From: Hyphochytrium catenoides
Lineage: Eukaryota > Protista > Hyphochytriomycota
Reading direction: 5' to 3'
Length of the DNA stretch: 39,281 bases
Assembly (NCBI GenBank): GCA_900088475.1
Contig: FLMG01001182.1
Location: 1 to 39,281 of the forward strand
The notes below the pieces were generated by a model that saw only the letters and a list, made by a program, of their open reading frames with translations, made no database searches and was not told where the DNA came from. Numbering within the stretch: position 1 is the stretch's first letter; the number at the start of each line of letters is the position of its first letter. Made by a program: the position numbers and the translations under genes. Positions 22,195 to 35,811 of the stretch are shown here, piece after piece.

Positions 22195-25100
22195 TTACTG
22201 AGCCTCAGTCTCGTGGCTGCTGCTCTCTTTCGTTTCCTCTGTGCCCTGCAAATGTGGGATCTTAGCTTTAAGCTGGGAGAATTGACAGGCAGAGACAGTT
22301 GGAAAGAGCGGGTATGCTAAAAAGTAGGCTCATAGCCTAGTTTGGAGGTACTGGAAGAGAGAGAGAGGAGCGATAGAGTGAGAGAGAGGACGAGGCAAGA
22401 GCCAGACACAAAGAGAGAATCAAAGAAGCCGGCGACAATGCCTACCTCTCCATTGTTAGGGTCAGTCCCTCTCGCCTGTATATTCCATAGATCGTGGTAT
22501 CTTCCTTTCTTCTGTAAGAGTTCTTGATGCCTTCCAATTTCTTCTATCTTTCCTCCGTCCATCACCACGATCTGGTCCGCCTCTCTCACTGTGGACAGAC
22601 GGTGTGCTATCACCAGCATTGTCCGATTCTTAGAAAGAGTCTGCAAAGCCCTTTGGATTTCCTGAGGAAGGACGAGTTAAGACGAGCTTAGCAGGAAACT
22701 GATAAAGAAGAGTTGATGGGGGCAGTAGAAGAGGTGAGATAGTCACGTTTAAACCTTGATGATAAGACTTGGCAAGAGAGAAAGAAAGATAAGACAAATT
22801 GCCACCCAGAGACAGAGAAAGGAAGACAACTATTGAGAGAAGAGAAGAACAGCACGAGAGATGGTGCCTTGCTGAATAGATGTTAACGCTTCTTAGCAGT
22901 GAAAGAGCCAGGAAGAGACTCCAGTTGCTAACCATTTCGGTGATGCTATCAAGGGCTGAGGTCGCTTCGTCCAGTATCACAATGGGCGGATTCTTCAGTA
23001 GAGTCCTCGCGATGGCTACTCGCTGTTTCTCTCCTCCAGAGAGCTTGAGTCCTCTTTCTCCCACCACCGTGTTCCACTTCTCCGGAAGCGACTCGATGAA
23101 GGGGAGAATCTGCGCCTCTCTGCAAGCGTCTTCCACCTCTTTCTGCGTGGCATCCAACCTCCCGTACTTGATATTGTGGAGAAGAGTATCATTGAACAGC
23201 ACCGTATCCTACAAACAGAGGACAATAAGCACCAGAAAAGGCCACCAAGAGCACGACAAAGAGCCCAAGATATGTTGGGGCTATCCTCTTATGAGTAATA
23301 GCAACAACGCAGAAGTGCCTGCAGTCCCATCATAAGAACGAATAGCAGACACCAGAAAAAATAAGTCCGCTGGAGTGAGAAAGAGAACGTATGGTCTTTA
23401 GCGGGAGGCACCTCGAAGGAAGGCGATCGGAACCGAAAGGAAAAATGAAAGCTAACTCAGTGAGGGAAGTAGCAACGGAATAAAAGAAGGAACGGTTACC
23501 TGAGGAACCACACCAATAGCCATTCGTAGAGACCTCTGTTGCAGGCCTCTCACGTCCTGGTCGTTGACCAGAATAGATCCACTGTGCACGTCATAGAAGC
23601 GAAACAGTAATCGGGAGACAGTCGTTTTCCCGCTCCCTGTGTGTCCTACTAAGGCAGTAATGGTGCCGGGCTTTACGACGAAAGAGACATGCTTCAGGCC
23701 CTTTATCGCAGGCTGTCCTGGGTAGTGGAAGGTCACATCCCGGAACTCTATCTTGGCTCCGCGCCTAGCGTTCTAGAGATAGATAGAGAGGGTTAAAGTT
23801 TGACGGGAGTTGGGACCGCAATGTAGCAGTCCTCCACAGCAACCTCGATGGTGACACAACGACACCAAAGGGCAGATATAGTGACCAAGGAGAAGAGGCT
23901 GCATAGTCCCACATTATAGTGATCGTAACCAAAAGACAGCCCGTCCAAAGGAGGCATGCATCATGGAAGCATCACAAAGAAAAGTGAAGAGGCATCTCCG
24001 AAGCTACTTGCACTAGAATCTGTGCACTGTTTCGCTGTGGTAACTCCCGTTACTCCTCTCGTACATCTCACCTCAAACGAGAGTGGCTTGGCATTTGGCT
24101 CATCCGCTAGATCTGGTCTCTCTGCCAGCAACTCGCTAAGGTTCTGCATGTCAACCAGGGCTTGAATCACGACGTTGTAGATTGTACCTGAACAAGAATG
24201 TGAATACTCGCTCGTTTACAGTCACCGGTCTCCAGACACGGAAGTGTCAGACAGTAGAAGCATTACAGGGGCAAGGACTGGAGGATAACGAAGGGAAGAG
24301 GGAAGGTTCTGACCTAAGAAGTTCAGGGGTTGGAAGAGCTGGTTGAGGTAGACGCTGACAGCCACAAAGCCGCCCACGGTCATGCCATGTTCGTGATCGA
24401 TAACATACGGCGCCGCTGCAATGGCAAGGGCCATAGCGATCGCTGCTTGTACTATCAACTGAGCGGGCACCAAGCAGCAAAGAGATATAAAGTGAGGCTT
24501 CTCTTCGAGAGGTGCAATCTTTTCCCAGGCCTGCCTTAACCTCGCACTTGAAACACCATTCTCAGACTGTTTTCTCTAAGTATGGGCTTTCCTCGCGTTC
24601 TCCACAGGAGTCCTGCCTAAAGTAATTTACTAGCCCGTCATCCTATATGATGCATCTTGGTCTAGAGGATCGGAGATAGTACCTGCTGGCTAGTGTTGAG
24701 TACATTGAGAGAAGCTTGGGTCGAGGTAGAGAACTGCATGTACTTGCGCACCGCCGAGGAGAAGGATTGGATCTCGTACTCCTCATTGGTGAAGTATTTG
24801 ACGGTCTCAAAGTTGGTCAAACTGTCTGTCGCCTGGAGGATAGGACAATAAATTCAAATATATTCCAGGTTGGAGGAGGAGAAAAGCAAGCTCCAGAGAT
24901 GCACGCAGAACCACGGAGGAAGAATGTCTCTGACTGACTAGTAGCAGCAGACACCGCCTCCACAACGTTTTCTGACTATACTACTTCTTAGAGGCATCAG
25001 GTGAGGAAAGAGCAGGTTGATAACGAGGCATTTTTTAGCTGAGGAAGAGGAGAGAAAGCTCAAACCCGTCCACCTTTTCATTGAGCTCGTTGTCATGCTT

Positions 25101-27355
25101 ATTAGTCTCCTCCCGGAACTTCTTCCTCCAAATAGTAAGCTTCACGGTTACGTAGCCATAAAGTGCAAGAGATGCGAAGGCTGCGAACATAAACGGAAGC
25201 ACGGCATCGCGACAGCAACAAGAAGAAGGGTAGCGCATAACGAGACAAGGTTTGTCAATGTTGCCGAATGAGCTCTTTGAAGGCAAGGCGAATGGGTAGG
25301 ATTTTGCCACCTCTTACCAATAATAGAGAGCAGAGGGATCCTAAAGTGAAGAGCAAAGATCACGCAAACGACCAAGCACTCCACTATGGTCGGCATGAGG
25401 AAGAGGAAGAGATAAGTTACGACGTTATTCGCGGCCTGGACGCCTCTATTCATTGACCGAAGAACGTTCCCCATTTTCTAGAGGGAGCAGGAGTTAGTCT
25501 ATGCTTGAAAGACAGGGGAAGACGGAAGGGAAGACAACCCACTGCGAGGTTAAGGTAGGAGGCAAAGAATGACGCTAATTAAGCCCTTACCTTCGTCAGA
25601 TGCCATTGTAGAGACAGTCTGTGGATGTGTGCAAAGGTCTGTGTTGAGGGAGAAAGGGGTGAGCAACAGTGGGAAAGTGAGCACATAAAGCGCAGGTGAA
25701 AGGGGAACTGTCTGCGCACCATCTCTGTTGTCTCAATGAAGGCGGTCTGCTTTACGTCCAGATAAATATAGCTTTGAAGCTCTCTTAGGGCCTTACTGAT
25801 GAATTGCAGGAGACAGAAAGCGAGGACCTAGTAGTCCAGGTGAGGAAAAGGCGTCAGGAAACCGTAAAGGCCAAACACATAACCGTATAGCATGACAAGA
25901 GGCCAAGAACTCAATGGGCTCGCCCCAAGAGACAATCTCCCATCGAGTATCAACAAGACATGAAGATGAGACTCATTCCGACGTCTCAAACTTCCGTGAG
26001 AGGTGATACGTGAAGAGAATTACTCCGGAATGCAAGATAGATCGAAAGGAAGGCTACGACAGAGGTGAAGGAACCATATAGCCTGAACGTTAACGCCAGG
26101 AAATAGTATACGTACCGATCGTTGGCAGAGAGCCAAATCCCCAGTAGTAAGAGCATTAGTTGCTGCGGCCATGTATATAGGAGACACAATGCTGCAGGAC
26201 TTTGCCACCGCAAGGACGAACCACGTACTCATTGCTCTAAACCTAAGGATCGGGCAAGAAACGTATGAAAGTGTTAGCGCTCTCGCTCGAAAGCTTACCG
26301 TCGTAGGAGTGAGACACCGCAGGGTAAACGTGAGGAAGGGATCGTCCAGAAAGTGTAGTCGTCGAGAGATCGGATCGGCTTGAAAGCAAGGCACCACTTC
26401 TTGGCATATATAGGTTTACGGTAAGGAAAGGATAGAGCTTAGACCTATTCTTCCAGCCCCCTGGCCAAAAGTATGGTTTGAGAATGGTGAAGACTTGGGA
26501 GTAGTTGAGCTTCTTCTCATTCTTTCCATCCTCCAGCTCTTCCGCATCCTTCAGACTTCTCCAAAACCTAGAAGGCAACCAGCGTTTCGTTAGTCGCCGT
26601 GGCGCTCCTTACTATCTCCTTTTTACTTTGAACTCCATGCCTCCTCGTCACTCATGATTACCTTGGCTCTGACTCCTTGGCCGTAGATCTGACGTTGGTG
26701 GCTATGTAGATTTCGGAGACCAGTGCGATTACCAGAACCGCTCCAGCGGAGGTATTGCCCCAGCGTTTGAACATAAAAGCTTTGGTTCCCAATAGCACAA
26801 TGACCACTACTAAGTAGAGCAGGCAGGCCTTGGTCCTATAATAAGCTCCTAGCAGAGGAGTATGGAAGAGAGAGCAGAGAGATAGAGTTGGAACAAGATA
26901 AGCATTGAAAAGAGCGTACATAGTCAGACGCACCTGGATTTGAGACGAACATTGCAAGAACTAGGTCGAGCATGACCGTCCCAGCAAGAATATCCGCTAA
27001 AGAATGAGATACGGAGTAGTGCTTCTCCGCCCGAGAGAACCTGTTGATCAGTGCATCAACCAAAGCCTAATGAGCAATGAATGTTGGCTATGATTGATTG
27101 CAATTTGTACCTTGCGAGATCCCAACCATAAGAGTGGAATACCAATAACACTAGCACGATATTCTGCATCAGAGTGAAAGCGAGTAGATGCATTGTCCTC
27201 CTTCGCAGCTGTCGCTTGTGCCGAGCTTCCCATGTTGAGGTCGAAGAAGCCAAGAGGGGTTCTGTATGTTCTGATTCCTTGGACTCTATTTCATCTTGGT
27301 AATGAACATGATGGTGATGGCCGTGGCCTGCCTTCCCCGAGCCGTATGGAGCCAT
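22195..27355 (-). CDS. Half-size ABCB transporter of the ATM1/ABCB6/HMT1 family with an N-terminal membrane extension (HMT1/ABCB6-like), 16 exons
   Basis: Walker [17 protein letters not shown]-loop IGVVPQ, signature [13 protein letters not shown], Walker [12 protein letters not shown]-loop IAHRLST. The TMD has [21 protein letters not shown] and [10 protein letters not shown]. Probable start is [16 protein letters not shown] (ATG at 27355). The inferred last exon 22245-22195 ([16 protein letters not shown]-stop) is less certain than the rest. Confidence 0.93.
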
Positions 27356-27873
27356 CCCAAGTATCCCTTCTCGTTCTCTGGAAAAACGCACGTCTGCGCT
27401 AAGTCTCTTCCTCGCTCTACGGATACACGACTGTGCGATATCTCTCCGTCTCGCTAGGGATAAAGACGGCGTTGTCTGCTATGATGATTGAGGCATCCAC
27501 GACGCCGAGCTTCAGCCTTTCTTGCGGGCTCAGTGCGATCTTCATCAGACAAATCTTCGATGATGCTCGTTTTTGAGACATGTCCAAGCTTTCTTTCCTA
27601 CATCAACAGCGCCGCGAGATAGTACAATCTCCCGATTTTGGGTGCTTCTGACAGCTTCAATTCGTCCATTAGCAAAAATGTTCAAACTTACCACACCGGC
27701 TGTGCCCGAAATTAACTGTGAATATTACGGTTTGAGCTCCAAACAACTGCAAAGTGTGAGTTTGCCCTATAAATGAACACTGCCAAAAGTATCAGACAAC
27801 TGATTAATTGAGCAATTATTAGATTCGATTATCTCTAAACAAGTTCTTGTACAAGTCAAAAAGATGCAACCAA

Positions 27874-27937
27874 GGCGGATGGGATACCATGTCCGCGAAA
27901 AGCTAACACTTTCCATTGAGGAGTAGGCCCATCCGCC
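27874..27937. repeat. Perfect 10-bp inverted repeat with a 44-nt spacer
   Basis: GGCGGATGGG (27874-27883) and CCCATCCGCC (27928-27937). Confidence 0.8.
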
Positions 27938-28389
27938 CTCACGACCTCTCGCTGATCAATCTGCTCAGTGCGTCCCTTCATCTGCTACTTTGAAAAAACA
28001 GCTGTAGCTGTAAAGACAGGGATTAAGCTGATCTGCTGGTTGTGATCTGCTGGAGCGCAACCTCCTCCAGGCGACTGTTACACAGAGCAGCAGAGCTTGG
28101 GCCTGTCGCGCCGCTAGCAGCCGATGGCCGCTTCCAACTGGCGCGGGCGGCTGTTTCCCTTCTTCGCCCTTTGAAGAGAGCGGCGAAGGAGAAGAGAAGG
28201 AGAAGGAAGAACACACCCGTCACAAGACAGAGGGATCGGACCCCTCATACTTTCGGCTTTATAAGTGGCAGCCTTTTGGAGAGAGCTGGAAGGTGCGGAG
28301 GAGACAGAAGCCAATAAGGTGTGCAACGTAGTCCAACGTCAGGTGCGCCCTCGAAGTTCGGCTGTGTTAGCAGGGCAAAGTCTGGGCAC

Positions 28390-28502
28390 NNNNNNNNNNN
28401 NNNNNNNNNNNNNNNNNNNNNNNNNNNNNNNNNNNNNNNNNNNNNNNNNNNNNNNNNNNNNNNNNNNNNNNNNNNNNNNNNNNNNNNNNNNNNNNNNNNN
28501 NN
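28390..28502. other. Assembly gap obscuring the PKA 5' end
   Basis: Run of N; the PKA frame is open immediately after it ([16 protein letters not shown]). Confidence 0.98.
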
Positions 28503-30034
28503 GCACCCAACCCGGCTGAGGCAGCACCTGCTGCACCAGTCAAATCTGGGATGCCCAATGGCGTCTCAAGAAAGCTTCCCACTCCTCTCTCTATCAATGA
28601 CTTCGAGATGGGCGTCACCTTAGGTACTGGTTCCTTTGGAAGAGTGAAGTTTGCCACACACACTGTAAGTGATATGAAAGATGGCATCATCAGTAGACAG
28701 AGCTCTAAGGCGTTTGCCCTTATGCCTTTATAGACCACGAAGACTCACTGGGCTATAAAAATGCTAAAGAAGTCGGAGGTTATCCGACTGCAGCAGGTAC
28801 AACACCGTGATAAACCTCGCTAGTCCACGTAAAAGCCTCTCTTTTCCTTTCCTTTGCGGCGCAAGTCGTTTACTCTGACGTGTTCCCTCGCTCTCGCACC
28901 CACAAATCCTTCCGATGATGCTGACTGTACGTTCCTTTGACAGGTTGAACACATGCTTAGCGAGAAGAATATTTTGGCTTCGTTAGACCATCCATTCATC
29001 GTCAATCTAGCAGGGACCTTTCAAGGTGACTTGTACTTCTGTTTCCCAGTAGTCTCTTGTGCCTCGTTCTCTTCCTCTAAGATAAGGTCGTACTGGCACT
29101 TGTTATAGACTAAGACTCTCTCTCTCTTTCCGTTGTCCCTTTCTTTCTCCGAACGGCAAAAGATCCTCGCTCGTTGTACATGGTACTGGAGTACGTTGTG
29201 GGCGGAGAGTTCTTCACTCACCTGCGTAAGGCCGGGCGCTTTGACAACAATACGGCCAAGTTCTATTCCGCTCAGGTCGTCCTAATTTTTGAGTACTTGC
29301 ATGGCCGGGACTACATCTACCGGGACCTCAAGCCTGAGAATCTTCTCTTGGACGAGGTGGGATACCTAAAGATCACGGATTTTGGCTTCGCGAAGCTCGT
29401 TGCCTTCAAGACGTACACCCTTTGCGGAACTCCAGAATATATTGCTCCGGAAGTACTTCTTAATAAGGGCCATGGCAAGGTAACGAGGAGCGAGACGCGA
29501 CCTTGAAGTATATGTACTAGTGGGTCCATGCTAATGAAGATTGAGCAAAGGGAGAGGAACAGGGAGACAGTATGAAGGGAGAGACATAAGTAATGCGCCA
29601 CTAACATCGTCACAACACTTTTTCAGGGCGTCGATTGGTGGACCTTAGGAATCCTTGTCTTCGAGATGCTTGCCGGACAGCCTCCCTTCGTAGACGACGA
29701 TCCTATGGGCATTTACCAGCAGATCCTAGCAGGGAAAGTCTCTTTCCCACGCTTCTTTGATCGCAATGCAAAGTCTCTAATCAAGAAGCTCCTCACTGCG
29801 GATCTTACGAAGAGATTTGGCTGTCTGAAGGCTGGAGCAGTGGACATTAAAAAGCACAAGTGGTATGCGGGCTTAGATTGGGATAAACTCCTAGAGAAAG
29901 GACTCGCTGCGCCAGTGGTGCCAAAAGTTGCATCTTCCTCGGATACTTCTAACTTTGATCCTTACCCGGAAAGTCAAGAAGAAGCACCTCTTCCTGTCTA
30001 CCCTGGAGGAAAGGACTGCTTTGTAGACTTCTAA
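28503..30034 (+). CDS. cAMP-dependent protein kinase catalytic subunit (PKA-C); 5' end unresolved because of the N-gap
   Basis: Exons up to 28664, 28734-28796, 28944-29025, 29163-29479 and 29627-30034 encode [75 protein letters not shown] and DTSNFD, ending in FVDF-stop (the terminal FxxF typical of PKA). Confidence 0.95.
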
Positions 30035-30575
30035 AGGTTCCAGTTCTCGCTCTTACTAGGAATACTACTTTCCCGGTGCGACAGCTTTCGTAAAGAACAG
30101 TTGGATATGAGAGAGAGAGAAAAAAGGAGAGAGAAGAGGATAAGAAGAGAGATTGAGAGCTGTTAGAAGTGGTACGGTTAGACCCAAGTGATGCTATTCT
30201 CCCTTGCATATATGGCTCTAGAGCGCCCTGCGATGCTGGGGAGGGGGTCAATAAGTTGAAAGGCTATGTGCCTTTCTTTCTGGAAGAGACTGTAATCTGT
30301 TTATTTGTTGTGCCCTTTACCGCTACTAATGACGATAAATATGCCAAAAGAACATTCAAACCTGCAAAATGACTGATAGTTCGCCACCGAGTTATCAGGC
30401 TTGGACTGCGTGACGTAGGGCTATGCTAGATTTAGAAGGCTCATATCTTGATTATGATTAACACTCTCCGCTCGTGCACCTCTGCGTCGATGTGGGAGCA
30501 CGTACGCATAGATCGGGGTACCCTATCTTTATTTTTCGAGAGTGCTACTTTGAAGCAGGCTCCAGTGGCCTTGAG

Positions 30576-30649
30576 GGAGAACATGACTGTACGAAGCTTC
30601 AAGTCAGTTAGCGAAGGAGAACATGACTGTACGAAGCTTCGGAGAACAT
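30576..30649. repeat. Perfect 25-bp direct repeat x2 with a 15-bp spacer, plus a 9-bp partial third copy
   Basis: GGAGAACATGACTGTACGAAGCTTC at 30576-30600 and 30616-30640; GGAGAACAT at 30641-30649. Confidence 0.9.
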
Positions 30650-30869
30650 TTTCTCCTTAACCAGACAACTGAATGATGCTCTTAATGGGTTCTCTCTCGC
30701 TCTCCCTCCTCGTTTTCCATCTCTGTCTCTACTAATGTCTATTTACTTTTCAATGAGTTCCTCAGTTGCTTGAACACGTATACAGACAGAAAGGGCTGGG
30801 ATTTATCCCTTATTTATAAAGAGCCATAGCCTAGCTCTATGGTCCCTTACCCTTCCAGCTAAGCTAAGC

Positions 30870-32099
30870 CTATTCAACCTTCTTTCTGGTGGCACCTGCA
30901 GGCTTGCGTACGTAGCTGTTGATGAAGAAATTCAAGAACAACCAGAAGAGAGACTGTATGTAGATGAGGTAGGCGACGGTGACGCGGCTAGGGAAGGTCT
31001 GGCATCCAGTGTAGATCATATAAATGGCCTGGGCGTTCATAGTAAGGAACTGGATCATCTGCATGGAAGTCAGATACTTCTTCCACCAGATGTTCTTGGT
31101 ATGCATAGCGACGAAGTAGTAGGTATACATCACAGTGTGAATGAAGCCATTCAGCACAATCGTGAGGTAGATATCTCCATCATAGCCGGTGCGAAGGTTA
31201 AGCCAATAGATCTGCAATAGTTGGGTGAGCCAGAGGGATTATGGCTTTCAAATGGAGGGAGAGACAAGGTGCTTGAAAAGGAAGGTAGCTAGAGTAAGAC
31301 ATTCCATACACCTGAAAGCATAAAAGTGGGATGCCAGGAAAGGCTCTTTCCCAGGAGGACCGGAGCAGTTTGGTCTATCGTGATGAGGGCACGCCTTATG
31401 ACTACGCGTGCGGGTCTTACCGAGAAGATAGTGGCGTGGTGGTAAACGTGAAGAAAGCTCAGCTGGTTCCACTTCTTGCCAAAGATGATGAAGACGGTGT
31501 CTAAGAAGTCGAAGATCTTTGAGATGTAGAAGAGCCAGAGAACGTTGCCGAGAGGAGGGTTCTCATAGTTGAAAGCATTGCAAGGCCTCATAGTGAACCC
31601 CTGCGAGGGAAAAGGTAAGTGGCCTCGCTTTCGAGAGTAAACTTGTATGCGTTCATACATTGCGGTACGCTTGGACTCCTGCTTCCACTGCCATATAAGA
31701 GCAGAGGATAATCTGAGCCGGGTTGTAGAGGAATTGGAGCCAACGAAGGTTGATCGGCTTGATAAAGTCAAGCCTCATGATACTCTGCTCTCATGTTTGG
31801 CGGTCAAACGTCATAGAAGCATTCCGTTTTTTGAAAGGACATTACTTACCGTGCCAACTACGACGAAGAGGAGATAAGCAATGACGATCAACAGAGCTTG
31901 GTCCAAGGAGGCTAGGGGGTAGTCCTGCAACAGGCACTATGTCAATATTCATTGCGAGGTCTAACGAGGCGAATAAACCGCCTACCTTGGTGGGGGAGAC
32001 ATCAGTCAGCCCCTTTGGATCGACATAGTGGAATATCTTCTCAGAAGCGCTATCGCTCCACTGCTTGAAGACCGCATAGGCTTTCTCAACGTTCTCCAT
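30870..32099 (-). CDS. ELO/GNS1/SUR4 fatty-acid elongase, probably a PUFA (delta-6-type) elongase, 5 exons, about 278 aa
   Basis: Exons 32099-31986, 31924-31850, 31784-31659, 31600-31421 and 31211-30870 join in frame. Motifs: SKIFDFLDT, QLSFLHVYHH, NGFIHTVMYTYY, TSMQMIQF, and a C-terminal KKVE ER-retrieval signal. Substrate specificity is inferred from resemblance to algal PUFA elongases. Confidence 0.93.
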
Positions 32100-33824
32100 G
32101 TCGGCTTGAGGGAATCGGGCACTTTCGCCGATCTATTCTTCCACTAAGCCGAGCTTCAACAAAGTCTGGTCCTTCTTCTGTTCGGAACTTGAAGACTGCA
32201 CCTTCAGGCTAGTACGATCTCCTCCGCTTGGGCTGCGAGAGTGCTATCAATCTCCCAGAGAGCTGGCCTGCGCTGGTTGAGCTGAGCTGGCTGCTTGCCT
32301 TGTCTGCCCCCATCATCTGTTGTCCAATGATGTTGATGATGCCACACCTTCCCCTTCACAGACAATCAGAAAGAAAACTTTCTCGTTGATGTGAGGCTAT
32401 GCTAGCCCTACGCAAGATACAGAATATGATATCCCCATCCAAGGTCTATTCCTTATTTAGTAAATCTCTATTCATAATCGGTAAATCCGAGATTTTTTCC
32501 ATAAAAGATACTATCCCCGAATACAGCGGAAACAAACACCTGGCGAGGACGACTACACACCAGAGCACTCTCTAATCTCTAGTATAGACTTTTTTCCTAA
32601 ATCAGACTATGATACTCCTTTCCGATTATCAGCTTTGTAAGGATGCCCAAAATGGGCCTGCCCTTCTATTTTGCGCACTGATTCTGAATGAGTGTAAGTT
32701 CCTTTAGAATTTGGAGGATGGGTGGGCACTTTCCTTTCAGCGTCACTTGGCAGTGTGAAGAGAGAATGGATATCCTGCTCTGGAAGTGGGTATGGTGGCA
32801 CCAGAGTCATGAGGGTTACATCTCAGAAGAAAGAAGGAAGTGGATGGGCCACTCCTCTACTGCACGAGGAGCAAACTAATACGCCGCTCCTACTCCTCAA
32901 AATGACAGCTTGTCAGCCTATATCACTGAAGTAGTAATATCAATCCTACATAAGAATGCGGGGCTTGACATCAAGTTGAGCTTTCGCGGGTTATTGCACT
33001 CTTGCTTCAACCATCTAGCCTCACTCTGTCTTTTAGGTCAGTGACTTCTCCTTTGCCTTTGACGGTTATCGTGCAAAATAGCGTGTGTCTCATGTGCTCT
33101 GTCTGCCACTTGCTTGCTGTTCTGGGTAGGCGACAAGGGCTGGGACAAAAGAAGCGCCACCTCTTACTTACACTCAGCATAACCCTGACCGTATCCCTTA
33201 CATATTCTGTCTCCTTCGTCTTGGTTAAAACCCTAGTAACCATAGAGATCATATGACTTCAAGGCGTATCTCTCTCGTGTTCTGTCTTGTGGCAGAACCC
33301 CAAGCTCGTTACATAGGAAGAAGGAAGCACCAGCTTCCCTTTTGACCTGCTCTTTCAATGCCTGGTTGACAGCTGTTCGGCTCCAACGGCGGCGGCCCGA
33401 GTGAAGCAGAGAAATCCATCGGCCGCGGATCCTTGGTCGCCAAGCCCGTGCGATGCTAAGCACCAGAAGCTAACCCCTACCCCATAACGAAAGGCCGCAG
33501 CAACATCTCAAATTCTCTATTAAAGAAGGCATATAGAGGAGAGGCAGAGAGAACGGAAGGAAGCAGGGGAAAGCTGACCGGAAGCCAGCTACTGCTGGGG
33601 AGCCATTTGAAGGAAGCAAAGCCTCAAGGACACAATGTCATTGCTCCTTTAGCCTATCGGGTTCCTGGTATCTCTCTTGAGAGGACGGAGAGCTACTTAG
33701 GAACTAGGAATTATATGATTTTCGAGTAACCTCGCCGCCAAGGAAGACCCCTTTCTGTCTACTATACCCGGCAGCGGCCATGCCTGCTAATGAGACTGAG
33801 TGCTGGTAATCTCCAAGCTTTTCC

Positions 33825-35811
<1,987 letters not shown>

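Noticed and set aside
28386-28506. GCAC on both sides of the N-gap, suggesting a false gap
   Set aside because: A 4-bp overlap is not significant, and merging the ends puts an in-frame stop just upstream with no start codon.
30576-30649. CRISPR array
   Set aside because: Only two full repeats, a 15-bp spacer, no cas genes, and a eukaryotic context.
33226-33235. AAACCCTA telo-box or telomeric seed
   Set aside because: Single copy, expected by chance.
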